A program made the position numbers and the translations under genes. A stretch of 64,000 nucleotides of DNA, from assembly GCA_963707635.1 (NCBI GenBank), contig OY970173.1, positions 544,001 through 608,000 of the forward strand, read 5' to 3'. The notes under the pieces are model-generated. The model was given only the letters and a program-made list of their open reading frames with translations, was not told the origin of the DNA and made no database searches. This DNA is from Candidatus Latescibacterota bacterium. GTDB taxonomy: Bacteria; Krumholzibacteriota; Krumholzibacteriia; WVZY01; JAKEHA01. Numbering within the stretch: position 1 is the stretch's first letter; every line of letters starts with the position of its first letter. This document shows, piece by piece, positions 42,310 through 52,998 of this stretch.

Positions 42310-42924
42310 TTATCGAAGTCGAACAAAGCGCCGGACGGCCTCGTTGCCGCCGGAACGCAGACGAACCAGATAGATGCCGGACGCGACCGGCTCTCCGCTG
42401 GTGTCGCGAAGGTTCCAACGAATGGTGCGGGTGCCGGTCGGTCCATCGCCGCTCCACCCCATCACCAGCCGGCCACGGACGTCGTAGACCTCGAGCAGCG
42501 TCGACGCGCCGTCGGGCGCGTCGAGCTCAAACACGACGTCGCTCGTGGCAGGGTTCGGCCAGGGCTGGTTCAGAAACAGCGGAGGGCGCGCGGTGACATC
42601 GACGCTGGTGGCGTCGTCCACCACGATGCCGCGAACCACAGCGGCGAGATAATCGTCGACCCGGACCTGAAGGGTGTAGGTGCCGTTGGGCACATTCTCA
42701 ATGCAGTAGTGGCCGGCGAGATCGGTACCCGCGTAGCGGCCGGTGTATTGATCGAGGTTGTCGAAGAGAAAAACGGCCGCGTGGGGAACCGGCTGGAGGG
42801 ACTGGCTGTCGCGGACGGTCCCGCAGATGGCGCCGGCGAGGCACACGGCGGGCGCAAATACGACTAGTAGGAGAGCAAACACGCCCGCGGGGGCGATCGT
42901 CGCGTGCGGCACGCGTCGATTCAT
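42310..42924 (-). CDS. Secreted protein: carboxypeptidase-regulatory-like domain + FlgD-Ig/T9SS-like C-terminal domain
   Basis: Signal peptide; PNP...VYDVRGRLV...WNLRD...VASGIYLVRL. Confidence 0.8.
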   Translation of the reverse strand: MNRRVPHATIAPAGVFALLLVVFAPAVCLAGAICGTVRDSQSLQPVPHAAVFLFDNLDQYTGRYAGTDLAGHYCIENVPNGTYTLQVRVDDYLAAVVRGIVVDDATSVDVTARPPLFLNQPWPNPATSDVVFELDAPDGASTLLEVYDVRGRLVMGWSGDGPTGTRTIRWNLRDTSGEPVASGIYLVRLRSGGNEAVRRFVRLR

Positions 42925-43085
42925 GGCGTGAACCTCAGTCCCTAGGAGTGCACTGCCAGGTAAATAGCTTACCAGAGCAAGGATTGGGTTGCCAGCGGAA
43001 CTTGCTTGCGGGGGTCTGTCGGCCAACAGCCCACGGCGGGCTCGCATTCGCGCTGCGCACTCGGTGGCTCGCCCTGTGGGCGCTG

Positions 43086-45059
43086 TTAACCGCACGCTCG
43101 CGGCATCTCGCGGAGGCGGTCGTCGAAGGTCTTCGCCTCGCGCTCGTAGCGGGTGGACGCCTTCTCCAGCTCGACGTAGGCCGCGTCGATGCGGGGGCCG
43201 AGCTCCTGCGACTTCTTCGACAGTTCGGCGATGGTGGCGGCGTCGCCGCGCCCGGACGCGTCCGCCAGCGCGGTGAACGTGTTCTCGCGATCGCGCTCGA
43301 GCGACACGATCCGGGCTTCGATCTCGGCAACTTTGCGCTCCAGCGGTCCGACCACGCGCGAGCGCTCCTGGACGAGCTTCGCACGCGCCTGTCGTTGGGC
43401 CTTGCGGTCCGCGCCTGCATGTACGGCGCCTGCCGACTTACCGGGCGCGGGTGGCGCCGAGCCGGGGGTCCCCCGCCGGCCACGCGCCGGCGGGGGTGGA
43501 TCGGCGACAGGACCCGCGACGACTGCGTCAGGCGCGCCGATACCGCCACGCGCGCCCGACTTCGACAGATCCTCGTCGCCTTCCCAGCCCACCGTGTCCA
43601 GGAAGTCCTGATAACTCCCGTCGAAGACGCGCGCGCGACCGCGGTCGAACACGACGAAGCGCGTCGCCAGCGAGTGGAGGAACATCTCGTTGTGGGTCAC
43701 GATCACCGCCGCGCCTTCGAACGCGTCGATGGCGGCGAGCAGCGAGTCGCACGAGTCCATATCGAGGTGGTTGGTCGGCTCGTCGAGCAGGAGCAAGTTC
43801 GCGGGGGTCACGATCAGTTTTCCGAGCATCACGCGTGATTTTTCACCGCCGGACAAAACCGATATGCGTTTTAGCGCCGCATCGTCCTCGAACATCATGA
43901 TACCGGCGATGTCGCGCGCCGTCTGCGGGAGGCACGAGCGGTCGGCGGACTGAATCTCGTCGACCACGGTATTGCGGGCGTGCAGCGTGCTGACGTTGGT
44001 CTGCGCGAAGTAACCGGGAACGGTGCGCGGGTGGTTGGTGATCTTGCCTCGGCGGGGCGGCAATTCCCCGGCGAGCACGCGCAGTAACGTCGACTTGCCC
44101 TTGCCGTTGGGACCGATCACGCAGATGCGGTCGTGGTCGTGCACCTCGATGGAAAGGTCGGAGAATAGCAACGGTCCGTCGCCGTAACCGAACGAAACCG
44201 CGTCCACACGCATCATCACCTTGGCCGGAAACGGCGCGCTCTTGAACGAGAAGTCGAGAGTCTGGATGCGCTCGAGCTTGTCGAGCTGCTCGTGCTTCTC
44301 GAGGTACTTCATGCGCGACTGCACGCGCGAGGCCAGCGTGTTCTTGGCGCGAAAGCGCTCGATGAAGCGTTCGATCTCGCGACGCTTGCGCTCGTCGTTT
44401 ATGCGCGTCTTTTCGTAGACTTCCTCCTCCTGGATGATCTGCTCGTAGATCTTGGACGTGTTGCCGGTGATCTTCTTCGCCCTGCGGCGATGGATCGCCA
44501 CCGTGTGCGTCACCACCCGGTCCATGAACGAGCGGTCGTGGGTGATGAGCATGAGCTCCGCCTTCCATTCGTTCAGGAAGCGCTCGAGCCAGCGGATCGA
44601 GACGACGTCGAGGTAGTTGGTCGGCTCATCCAGGAGCAGCAGGTCGGGTTCCGAGACCAGCACCTTCGCGAGGTTCAAGCGCACCTGAAAGCCGCCGGAG
44701 AAAAGTTCCGGCGCGCGATCCATGTCGTCTTTGGTGAACCCCAGGCCGGAGAGAATCTGCTCCGCGCGCCAGCGCTCGTCGCGGTGCTCTTCCGGCAGAC
44801 CCAGCACGGCCTCGTCCAGCACGGTCGCTTCCGTGAAGTGCAGCTGCTGGTCGAGATGCCCGATGCGGTAGCGCTTCGGAATCAGAATGTCGCCGCCGTC
44901 CGCGGGCACTTCGCCAAGAATCATGCGGAACACGGTGGTCTTGCCGTGGCCGTTGCGGCCGACCAGGCCCACGCGCTCGCGACGGTTCACGGTGAACGTG
45001 AGATCGTCGAAGAGCGGCTGCGCGCCGAACGTCTTGGACACTCGGTTGAACTGGATCAT
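43086..45059 (-). CDS. ABC-F family ATPase
   Basis: Two ABC domains (GRNGHGKTT, GPNGKGKST; DEPTNYLD, DEPTNHLD), no TM segments, coiled-coil C-terminus. Confidence 0.93.
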   Translation of the reverse strand: MIQFNRVSKTFGAQPLFDDLTFTVNRRERVGLVGRNGHGKTTVFRMILGEVPADGGDILIPKRYRIGHLDQQLHFTEATVLDEAVLGLPEEHRDERWRAEQILSGLGFTKDDMDRAPELFSGGFQVRLNLAKVLVSEPDLLLLDEPTNYLDVVSIRWLERFLNEWKAELMLITHDRSFMDRVVTHTVAIHRRRAKKITGNTSKIYEQIIQEEEVYEKTRINDERKRREIERFIERFRAKNTLASRVQSRMKYLEKHEQLDKLERIQTLDFSFKSAPFPAKVMMRVDAVSFGYGDGPLLFSDLSIEVHDHDRICVIGPNGKGKSTLLRVLAGELPPRRGKITNHPRTVPGYFAQTNVSTLHARNTVVDEIQSADRSCLPQTARDIAGIMMFEDDAALKRISVLSGGEKSRVMLGKLIVTPANLLLLDEPTNHLDMDSCDSLLAAIDAFEGAAVIVTHNEMFLHSLATRFVVFDRGRARVFDGSYQDFLDTVGWEGDEDLSKSGARGGIGAPDAVVAGPVADPPPPARGRRGTPGSAPPAPGKSAGAVHAGADRKAQRQARAKLVQERSRVVGPLERKVAEIEARIVSLERDRENTFTALADASGRGDAATIAELSKKSQELGPRIDAAYVELEKASTRYEREAKTFDDRLREMPRACG

Positions 45060-46636
45060 GGCCCTCGCAGCAGGAAAAGACCGGTGTCGCGCGCCTGCGC
45101 CGCCGATACAATCTGATAGCCGCTCATCACGAGCGCCGAGAGCAGCTCGGTGTCGTCGCCCGGCTGAAGGTGACCGAAGACGAGCCAGAACTCGTGAGGC
45201 TGGCCCTCGAGCGTGCGGAAGACGCTCGGGACCTGCTGCTGCTGGTTGAGGCCGCGCAGCCAGCGCCCGAAGTGGACACCGTCCGCGTGGCAGTACGAGG
45301 GCGAGCCATCGTGCCAGCACGTGAGGTGCCAGGTGGGCGGCCGGTCCGCGAGTGCGGGTACGGCGCGCGACACGTAGTAGGCGAACGCGGGTGCGGCGCC
45401 ATAGTAGACGTAGGTCGGCTGCTGCGGCGTGCGGTGCGCGAGCCAGGTCTCGGCTATCGCGCCCACGTCCTCGGTTTCAGGCCACGCCCACGGGTGGCGG
45501 TCGAAAAAGCGATCGCGCACGCTCCGCGCCGGCAGGGAAACGATGCTCGCGATCAGGATCGCCGCGAATACCACCGGCCTCGCACGATCCAGGCGACCGG
45601 CGCGCCCTCCGCCCGCGAGTCCGGCGGCGAGGAGTGCCACGAGCATTGGACTCGTGATCAGGCCCCAGCGGAATCCATAGGGGAAGATGCCCGCGCGGTC
45701 GGTGGCGATGGTGACGAGCCATGTGGCGGCGAACCACACGGCGAGGCGCCGTTGCGACCGCATCCCCCATGCGAGCATGACGAGTACCAGCGGCGTCGAT
45801 ACCCACGCGGGAACGGGAGAGTACGGCCACCCGGTGAACGGGAAGGAGAACGGCTGCTGAATCCACCCCACCAGTGCGAGAAGTCCCGACGGCGCGCTGG
45901 ATGCGCCGGGCTGTCCGGTCGCGGTCACGCGCGCCAGTTGAGCGGAGACAAAGTAGAGCAGCGGGAGCATACCGAGCGCGTACACGCAAAGCGCGATCCA
46001 CGCGCCCCGCGTTCGAACGGTCCGTTTCCACGCGCCTTCGACCAAAACGCACGCGAACGGGACCATCACGGCCAGCGCCGCGCCGTAGTAGGCGTGGGAG
46101 GCCACGAGCGCCGCGACCACCCAGGCCGCCCATGAGCTCCGGTCGGGTCGCTCCACCGCGCGCGCCAGCGCGAACAGACTCCAGTACAACGCCGCGACCA
46201 TCAACGCGTACTGGCCGACCTCCTGCGCGTATCGAATGTCGGCGGTCCCGAAGGCCACCAGCAGCCCGGCGGCGACCCCGACCCGGAGGCCGCCCAATCG
46301 GCGTCCGAGCGCGAACGTCCCGGCCACGCCGGCCAGGCTGAAAAGAACGGAGAGCCCGCGCAGCCACGCCTCGCTGCGCCCGGCCTGCATCCATGCGTGC
46401 AGCAGAAACGAATACAGTGGCGGGTCGCCCGATCCGTCGCGAACGGCGGCCGCGAGCTGCGAGAACGGCGCCGTGGCCACCCAGTACTCGCCCGCTTCGT
46501 CGAACCACAGCCAGCGCGCGTCGAGATCCCACAGGCGAAGGAGCAGGGCGAGAAGCAGAACGACCGCGATGGTCCACTGCGGAGCGACCCACCCGCGCGC
46601 CGGGCGTCGCTTCGAACCCACGGTCGCGTCAGTCAC
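45056..46636 (-). CDS. GT39/ArnT-PMT-like membrane glycosyltransferase
   Basis: LWFDE, PPLY, LRGLSVLF, YAQEV-x-x-YA motifs; polytopic. Confidence 0.8.
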   Translation of the reverse strand: MTDATVGSKRRPARGWVAPQWTIAVVLLLALLLRLWDLDARWLWFDEAGEYWVATAPFSQLAAAVRDGSGDPPLYSFLLHAWMQAGRSEAWLRGLSVLFSLAGVAGTFALGRRLGGLRVGVAAGLLVAFGTADIRYAQEVGQYALMVAALYWSLFALARAVERPDRSSWAAWVVAALVASHAYYGAALAVMVPFACVLVEGAWKRTVRTRGAWIALCVYALGMLPLLYFVSAQLARVTATGQPGASSAPSGLLALVGWIQQPFSFPFTGWPYSPVPAWVSTPLVLVMLAWGMRSQRRLAVWFAATWLVTIATDRAGIFPYGFRWGLITSPMLVALLAAGLAGGGRAGRLDRARPVVFAAILIASIVSLPARSVRDRFFDRHPWAWPETEDVGAIAETWLAHRTPQQPTYVYYGAAPAFAYYVSRAVPALADRPPTWHLTCWHDGSPSYCHADGVHFGRWLRGLNQQQQVPSVFRTLEGQPHEFWLVFGHLQPGDDTELLSALVMSGYQIVSAAQARDTGLFLLRGP

Positions 46637-47420
46637 GCTGGGCCTGCACCCGGCGCACGACCGCGGTCACCGCACGCCGCGGCACCAGTCGAAGCAGGAA
46701 CACGTTGGCCTTGTTGAGCGCGCCCGGGACCACCACCGGAACGCCCTTCAGCATGCCGCGGTAACCCGCGCGCACGACGTCTTCGGGACTCACGCGCATC
46801 ATCAGCCGCAGCCCGCGCACGCGGCCCACGTTCGCCCGCTCCTGGAAACCGGTCAGCGTGGGGCCCGGGCACAGCGCGGTCATCGTGACCCCGGTGCCCT
46901 TGAGCTCGTTGGCGATCGCCTCCGAAAACGAGAGCACGAACGCCTTGGTTGCGTAGTAGACCGGCTGCAGCGGTCCCGGCTGGAACCCGGCCGTCGACGC
47001 GACATTGACGATGCGCCCGCGCCGTCGCGCCACCATGTCGCGCAGGAACAATTTGGTGAGATGCACCAGCGCGGTCACGTTCACCTGGATCATGTTGATC
47101 TCGGTGTCGAGGTCGCTCTGGCTGAACATGCCGTAATGGCCGAAGCCGGCGTTGTTGATCAACACGTCGACTTCGATTCCGGCGGCACGCATCTGCTCGT
47201 GGATGGCAACAGGGGAGCGCGGGTCGCCCAGATCGGCGACGATCACGTGCACGCGAGCTCCGTGCAGACCCTCGATCTCTCTCTGAATAGAGGATAACCG
47301 GGCGCTGTCTCGCGCCGTGAGCACCAGGTCGTAACCCTCGGAGGCAAGCAGGCGCGCGAACTCGGCGCCGAGTCCCATCGACGCGCCTGTGACCAGTGCA
47401 ACGGGGCGCGCAGGCGCCAT
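46629..47420 (-). CDS. Short-chain dehydrogenase/reductase (DltE-like)
   Basis: TGASMGLG, NNAGFG, YYATK, LCPGPT. Confidence 0.92.
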   Translation of the reverse strand: MAPARPVALVTGASMGLGAEFARLLASEGYDLVLTARDSARLSSIQREIEGLHGARVHVIVADLGDPRSPVAIHEQMRAAGIEVDVLINNAGFGHYGMFSQSDLDTEINMIQVNVTALVHLTKLFLRDMVARRRGRIVNVASTAGFQPGPLQPVYYATKAFVLSFSEAIANELKGTGVTMTALCPGPTLTGFQERANVGRVRGLRLMMRVSPEDVVRAGYRGMLKGVPVVVPGALNKANVFLLRLVPRRAVTAVVRRVQAQRD

Positions 47421-48575
47421 CTAGCCCTCGAGCGCCTGCTGCAGGTCGTCGATCAGGTCCTCGCTGGCCTCGACGCCGACCGACATGCGCACGAGCCCGT
47501 CGGTGATGCCAATGCGCCGGCGCTGTTCGTCGCTCAAGCCGCGGTGCGACGTGCGGGCCGGGCGCGTGAGCAGCGTATCGGTTCCGCCCAGGCTGACCGC
47601 GATCACCGGCAGCGTCACCCGGTCGAACAGGCGTTCGGCCGCCTCGGCTCCGCCTTTGAGCTCGAAGCTCAACATCCCGCCGAAGCCGTCGAAGAACTCC
47701 GCCGCGCGCTCGTGATGCGGATTCGCCACCAGGCCCGGGTAGTTCACGTTCGCCACCGCCGGGTGCTCCTCGAGAAAGCGCGCGATCGCGAGCGCGCCCA
47801 CGTTCTGGTGCCGTACGCGCAGGGCGAGCGTCTTCAAGCCGCGGTGAAAGAGGAAGCACGCGTGCGGGTCGAGGGTTCCGCCCAGGTGATTCAGTCGCAG
47901 GCGCACTTGTTCGACCAGGTCCGCGCGGCCGATCACGGCACCGGCGACGATGTCGTTGTGGCCGTTCAGATACTTGGTGGCGCTGTGCAGCGAGAGGTCG
48001 AATCCCCACTCGGCTGGCCGGAAATTGATTGGGCTGGCGAAGGTGTTGTCGATCATCGACACCAGGCCGTGCTCGCGCGCGAAACGGGTCGCGGCGGCGA
48101 GGTCGCTCACACTCATGAGCGGGTTGGCGATCGCCTCGACGTAGATCGCGCGCGTGTTGGCGCGGAGCTTCGCCTTCCACGACGCGGGGTCGGTGCCGTC
48201 GATCACGTCGTGCTCGATGCCGAACGACTCGAAGTCGTGCGTGATCAGGCCGTGGGTGCCGCCGTAGGTGCAGTCCTGCACCAGCAGGTGGTCGCCGGTC
48301 CGCAACACGGTGAGCAGCGCGGTCGAGATCGCGGCCATGCCGCTGGCGGTCACGAGGGCGGCCTCCGCGTTCTCGATTGCAGCCAGCTTCTCGTGCAGGG
48401 CGAGGTGGTTGGGCGTGTTGTTGACGCGTATGTAGCGAATGTCGTGGTAGCCGCCTTCCTCGCCGCGCGTTTCGAACATGGCGGTCTGGAAGATCGGCAT
48501 GACGACGGCGCCGGCGTGGCGCGGCTCGCCGGCGTGCACGGCGCGGGTATCGATATGATGACGGGTATGGTCCAT
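47421..48575 (-). CDS. Cys/Met metabolism PLP enzyme (cystathionine gamma-synthase/lyase or methionine gamma-lyase family)
   Basis: SGMAAI, YGGT, DNTFASP, HSATKYLNGH, VSLGG, RMSVGVE. Confidence 0.92.
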   Translation of the reverse strand: MDHTRHHIDTRAVHAGEPRHAGAVVMPIFQTAMFETRGEEGGYHDIRYIRVNNTPNHLALHEKLAAIENAEAALVTASGMAAISTALLTVLRTGDHLLVQDCTYGGTHGLITHDFESFGIEHDVIDGTDPASWKAKLRANTRAIYVEAIANPLMSVSDLAAATRFAREHGLVSMIDNTFASPINFRPAEWGFDLSLHSATKYLNGHNDIVAGAVIGRADLVEQVRLRLNHLGGTLDPHACFLFHRGLKTLALRVRHQNVGALAIARFLEEHPAVANVNYPGLVANPHHERAAEFFDGFGGMLSFELKGGAEAAERLFDRVTLPVIAVSLGGTDTLLTRPARTSHRGLSDEQRRRIGITDGLVRMSVGVEASEDLIDDLQQALEG

Positions 48576-48659
48576 GGCAGTGCCTCGGTGTGGAGAGGGT
48601 GGTTCGAAAGATATACAATACGGCCTGGGCGCTTGATTTACAAGCCGCGCCCGCGCGCC

Positions 48660-50087
48660 ATGGGAACACCCGAAAATCCACGTCTGTCGATCACGCCGCG
48701 CACGTATCGAGGGGTCGGCGCGGAGACGATTCGCTTCACGGTGCCGATGCACCGGTCGGGCGGTCCGGGCGGCGTTGAACTGACGCTCGAGTGCGTGCGC
48801 CTGCCGGCCGCGACCAACCAACCGGGCGACCCGATCGTTTTTCTTACCGGTGGCCCGGGCATCTCCGCGATCCGACAGGGGGAGGGTCGGCTGTTCTCAC
48901 TGTTCGACTCCCTGCGCAGTCTCGGTGACGTGCTCCTGCTCGACCAACGCGGGTGCGGGCGTTCGGCACCGCCGGGATTCGTCGTCGATCGCCTGGAACT
49001 TCCGCTCGATCGCGCGCTCACGCGCGACGAGGCACTGAACGCCGTGATCGAAAAGACGCGGAGCGCCGCGATCCAGCTCCGCGCGCGGGGCATCGACCTT
49101 TCCGCCTTCAATACCAATGAGAGCGCCGACGACGTGGCCGAGTTGGTTCAGGCGCTGTACGGCGAGACCCGCAGCAAGGGAAGCAACCAAGCACAGGCGG
49201 CTCTGCTAGGATGGAGCTACGGCACGCACCTGGCGATGACGATCATGCGCCGCCACCCGGCGCTCGTCGCACGCGCCGTGCTCGCCGGTCCCGAAGGTCC
49301 CGATCACACCTACAAGCACCCCTCGCGCATCCAGCGCCAGCTCGAGGAGGTTGCGCGCATGGTTCGCGACGACGCGGTGCTCGGCCCGCTCGTTCCCGAC
49401 CTGGTAGCGACACTGCAGCGCGTATTCGAGCGCGTCGAGAAAGAGCCGGTTCGCGTCCGCGTTGCGGGTGCGCGTGCCGAGCCGATCGAGATGGAGGTCG
49501 GCCGCTTTGATCTCGAGTGGATGGTGGCCGAGGGAATCGCAGACTCGCGTGTGCTGCAACGAATCCCGCTTCTGTTCGCGCGCATGGAGCGCGGCGACTT
49601 TTCGATGCTCGGCTCCGACGATGTCACGGCCGGCTACCTGCGCGAGCTGCGGTTCGGCCTGGTCGAATCGATCGTGCGCCCGTGCATGGACTGCGCGTCG
49701 GGTGCTACCGTCGCGCGCCGGGAGCGCATCGAGCGCGAGGCCCCGCAGACGCTGCTCGGCCGCACGACCGATTTTCCGTTTCCCGAGGTTTGCGAGGCGG
49801 TGGGATCGCCCGACCTGGGCGACGATTTCCGCGCGCCACGGCGTTCCGACGTGCCGGTATTGTTCGTTACCGGGACACTCGATTGCCGTACGCCGGCGGA
49901 GAACATCGCAGATCTCGCGGGCTTCTATCCGAACCACCTCCACCTCGTCATCGAAGGCGCAGGTCACGGCGATCTCCTTACGCCGAGCGCCGTCCAACGC
50001 GCCATCGAGCGCTTCCTGCGTGAAGGGACGATCGACGCGGAGCGTGTGACGACGGATGCTCCGTTTGCATTCGAGCGACCGACCTGA
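48660..50087 (+). CDS. Alpha/beta hydrolase (TAP-like peptidase family)
   Basis: FLTGGPG, DQRGCG, GWSYGT nucleophile, GTLDCRTP, GAGH. Confidence 0.88.
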   Translation: MGTPENPRLSITPRTYRGVGAETIRFTVPMHRSGGPGGVELTLECVRLPAATNQPGDPIVFLTGGPGISAIRQGEGRLFSLFDSLRSLGDVLLLDQRGCGRSAPPGFVVDRLELPLDRALTRDEALNAVIEKTRSAAIQLRARGIDLSAFNTNESADDVAELVQALYGETRSKGSNQAQAALLGWSYGTHLAMTIMRRHPALVARAVLAGPEGPDHTYKHPSRIQRQLEEVARMVRDDAVLGPLVPDLVATLQRVFERVEKEPVRVRVAGARAEPIEMEVGRFDLEWMVAEGIADSRVLQRIPLLFARMERGDFSMLGSDDVTAGYLRELRFGLVESIVRPCMDCASGATVARRERIEREAPQTLLGRTTDFPFPEVCEAVGSPDLGDDFRAPRRSDVPVLFVTGTLDCRTPAENIADLAGFYPNHLHLVIEGAGHGDLLTPSAVQRAIERFLREGTIDAERVTTDAPFAFERPT

Positions 50088-50290
50088 CGATCGACCGCCA
50101 TCGGGAGTTCCATGTAACTTTCCCGCCTCTGTGTAAGCGCGCTAACACATCTTTGTCCAGCAACCGTACATACTGACGTACGCCCTGCATTTCGAGGGGT
50201 TCCCCCCCCCCCGCCACTCGCAATTCGCTTTCGCCCCCCAGGCTCTAGTTACGCCCCTGTTTGCTCGTACCTGAACCCCGGGAGGGCGCG

Positions 50291-51792
50291 ATGCGCAACC
50301 CCTATGGCCGGAGACTGCTCTGGCTACTTACACCCCTGTTCCTGGCTCTCACGGCCAACGTGCCACACGCGGCGACGTTCTATGTCGCTCCCGGCGGCAA
50401 TGACGCCAGCGCAGGGACGTCGGCGCAACCGTGGCGGACGCTGCAGAAAGCAGCCAACACGGCGCGGGCCGGTGACCTCGTGCTCGTCGCGAACGGCACC
50501 TACGCCGGAATGCAGGTTACCGCGGACGGAACCGCGGCCGCTCCGATCACGTTTCGCGCCAACGGCGGCAACGTGCTGGTCAACTCGCAAAACGCCTCGA
50601 CACCCGACAATATCAACATCGAAGGCGGAAACTACGTAACGGTGGAAGGTTTCATCGTCGAGGACGCGCCCCGCATTGGCATTCGTGCCGTGACAGCGAC
50701 GGGAATCAAGATTCTCAACAACATTGTCAGGCGCAGCGGGCTCACGGGCATCCTGACCGGGTACACGCCATCGATCGAGATCTCGGGCAATTCGGCGTCG
50801 GGCGCCCTGGATGAACACGGCATCTATGTGAGCAACAGCACCGCGCCGCCGACAACCCGATCGTACGCGGCAACGAGTGCTTCGATAACAACAAGAACGG
50901 AATTCAGCTCAACGGCGATTGCGACGTTGGCGGCGACGGCATCATATCCGGCGCGTTGCTCGAGAACAATGTCGTACACCACAACAACTGGAAAGGGTTC
51001 AGCCTGATCTCCATACAGAACTCGACGATACGGAACAATCTGATCTACGAGAACGGGTTGCTGGCCGGCGCCGGCGGTATCCATCTGGCGGATCAACCGG
51101 GGTGTGGCAAGCCGAGCAACAACAATATCGTGGTCAACAACACCATCCACGAACCGCGGATCACCGGCATTCGCATGTCAAACGGCTCCACGGCAAACAC
51201 GATCTTCAACAACCTGGTGGTTGCCGGCAGCGTCTCGAAGACGATCGTCGACGAGAGCAGCGGGAACTTCATCGACGCCGCATCGAACCTGAAGCTGGCG
51301 TCGCTGGTGGGCCTGTTCGTTTCGCCCGCCTCCGAGGACTATCATTTGCTACCGGCCAGCCCCGCCCTCAATCAGGCTTTAATGACGTACCGGGGCACGG
51401 GCGCGCCCGGGGCCGACATCGACGGGACGCATCGCCCGCAAGGTCCGCTGCCCGACATCGGCGCATATGAGCAAGCCGTCGCGACCGGCATCGACGACGC
51501 TCCCGCTCTGGACGTGGTGCTCGAGCAGAACGTGCCGAATCCGTTCAACCCGTCGACGCGGATCGCCTACGTCGTGCAATCTCCGACCGACGTGCGGGTT
51601 AACCTGGATGTGTTCGACGTGAGCGGACGGCGCGTACGCCAGCTCGTGCACGAGCGTCCGTCGACGGGGCAGGTGGTCGTGGCCTGGGACGGCCGCGACG
51701 ACGACGGGCGGGACGTCGCGTCGGGAGTGTACTTCTATCGCCTGGTGGCCGGGACGACCACGATCACCCGACGGATGACGTTGCTCAAGTGA
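50291..51792 (+). CDS. Secreted right-handed beta-helix protein with FlgD-Ig/T9SS-like tail, frameshifted at about 50843-50850
   Basis: FYVAPGGND...PWRTLQKA, HGIYVSNS, then DNPIVRGNECFDNNKNGIQLNGD in another frame; DIGAYE; QNVPNPFNPST...SGVYFYRL. Confidence 0.82.
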
Positions 51793-51911
51793 TCGAACCG
51801 GGGAGCCTGGAGCTCACGGGAGATACGACGCCGTGGTGGCTCACTATGAATGCAGGTGCAACCGGCGTCGTACCTCCCGTATACCGCCTACTACCATTTT
51901 CAGTGCGAGAA

Positions 51912-52994
51912 CTACTTCACAATGCGCAAGCATTCCCACCCGGAATGGAGCCGTTCATTCTTCATGCGTCCAAACCGGGGTGCGCGGTACCGCACCGTGA
52001 GCCCTTTGTTCATTCCGGGCAGGGCGTACTGTGAAACACCGGCGCAATCGCAATGCTCGATGGACACCGGTGATACTCCACTCGCAACGGTTAAGGCACG
52101 ATCGTAGTCGTCAGCAACCGAATCGACGAACCCACGCACGTCATTCGCGTCGTAGACGACGACGCTGACGGCAGTCTGTACCTCGCCTGCGAGCTGTTCG
52201 AACGCATTGCGTGCGAACCGGTCCGCGAATGCGGCCAACGCGTGGTCGTCTACTCCGAAATCGAGGCGCGCCAACGGATCGAGATCGAAATAGGATCGGT
52301 GCAGGTTATCGGGCGACGCGATGATGTAGTGCGCGTAGGGCGCGAGAGCGCCGATGGTGTGGGGTGTGCCGCCGAAACAAGTGGCCAGCACGAGCAGATC
52401 GATCCTTCCGGCACCGCTGGCAAAGTCCCTGACGCCATCGGCTAAATCCTGGATGGTGACGCGGCGCTTCGAGTACGACGCGTCGTATCCCGCGCGGTCG
52501 AATTCGGGGAGCTCGTGGCCAAAGTAGAGGAACATGCGCACCGGCGGACGGGGGTAAAGCCCGAAAAATCGGTCGTGAATTCGCACCTCCGGGTCGAAGC
52601 GCGACTCGCCCTCGTCACGCCAGTACGCCTCCCGGGCCAGGAGACGCGCGTTCCGATAGTAATAGAGGCGGCCGTCGTGGCGCGGAATGAGAAACAGCAC
52701 GTGGCGCCGCTCGATCTCGTGAAAAATGAACACTTCCGCGTTCGGATTCCGTTCCGCAATGGCTTGCGCTTTCGCGAGGGCTTCCTCGTCCGCGTTGCGC
52801 GCGTTGCCGAGCGCGTCGTGGTAGCGGTAGTCACCATCGCCATGGATGATGAAGACGAGGGAGTACCGGAGCGGGTTCGCGGGGGGCCCGCTTTCAGGAG
52901 CCGGCGGTATCGTGGCGCACGACGCCAGCAGGAGCGCGAGCGCCACGCACCTTGCATGCCCAGGGTCGGCCGAGAGTGTGTGCGTGGCGCCCAC
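51912..52994 (-). CDS. Hypothetical lipoprotein, possibly clostripain (C11)-like
   Basis: Lipobox LASC; YFGHE, IDLLVLATCF, YIIASP; start codon uncertain. Confidence 0.6.
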   Translation of the reverse strand: MGATHTLSADPGHARCVALALLLASCATIPPAPESGPPANPLRYSLVFIIHGDGDYRYHDALGNARNADEEALAKAQAIAERNPNAEVFIFHEIERRHVLFLIPRHDGRLYYYRNARLLAREAYWRDEGESRFDPEVRIHDRFFGLYPRPPVRMFLYFGHELPEFDRAGYDASYSKRRVTIQDLADGVRDFASGAGRIDLLVLATCFGGTPHTIGALAPYAHYIIASPDNLHRSYFDLDPLARLDFGVDDHALAAFADRFARNAFEQLAGEVQTAVSVVVYDANDVRGFVDSVADDYDRALTVASGVSPVSIEHCDCAGVSQYALPGMNKGLTVRYRAPRFGRMKNERLHSGWECLRIVK

Positions 52995-52998
52995 GATC

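Noticed and set aside
50202..50212. C11 homopolymer upstream of the beta-helix gene as a phase-variation tract
   Set aside because: Single intergenic tract with no evidence of length variation; homopolymer length is unreliable in this assembly
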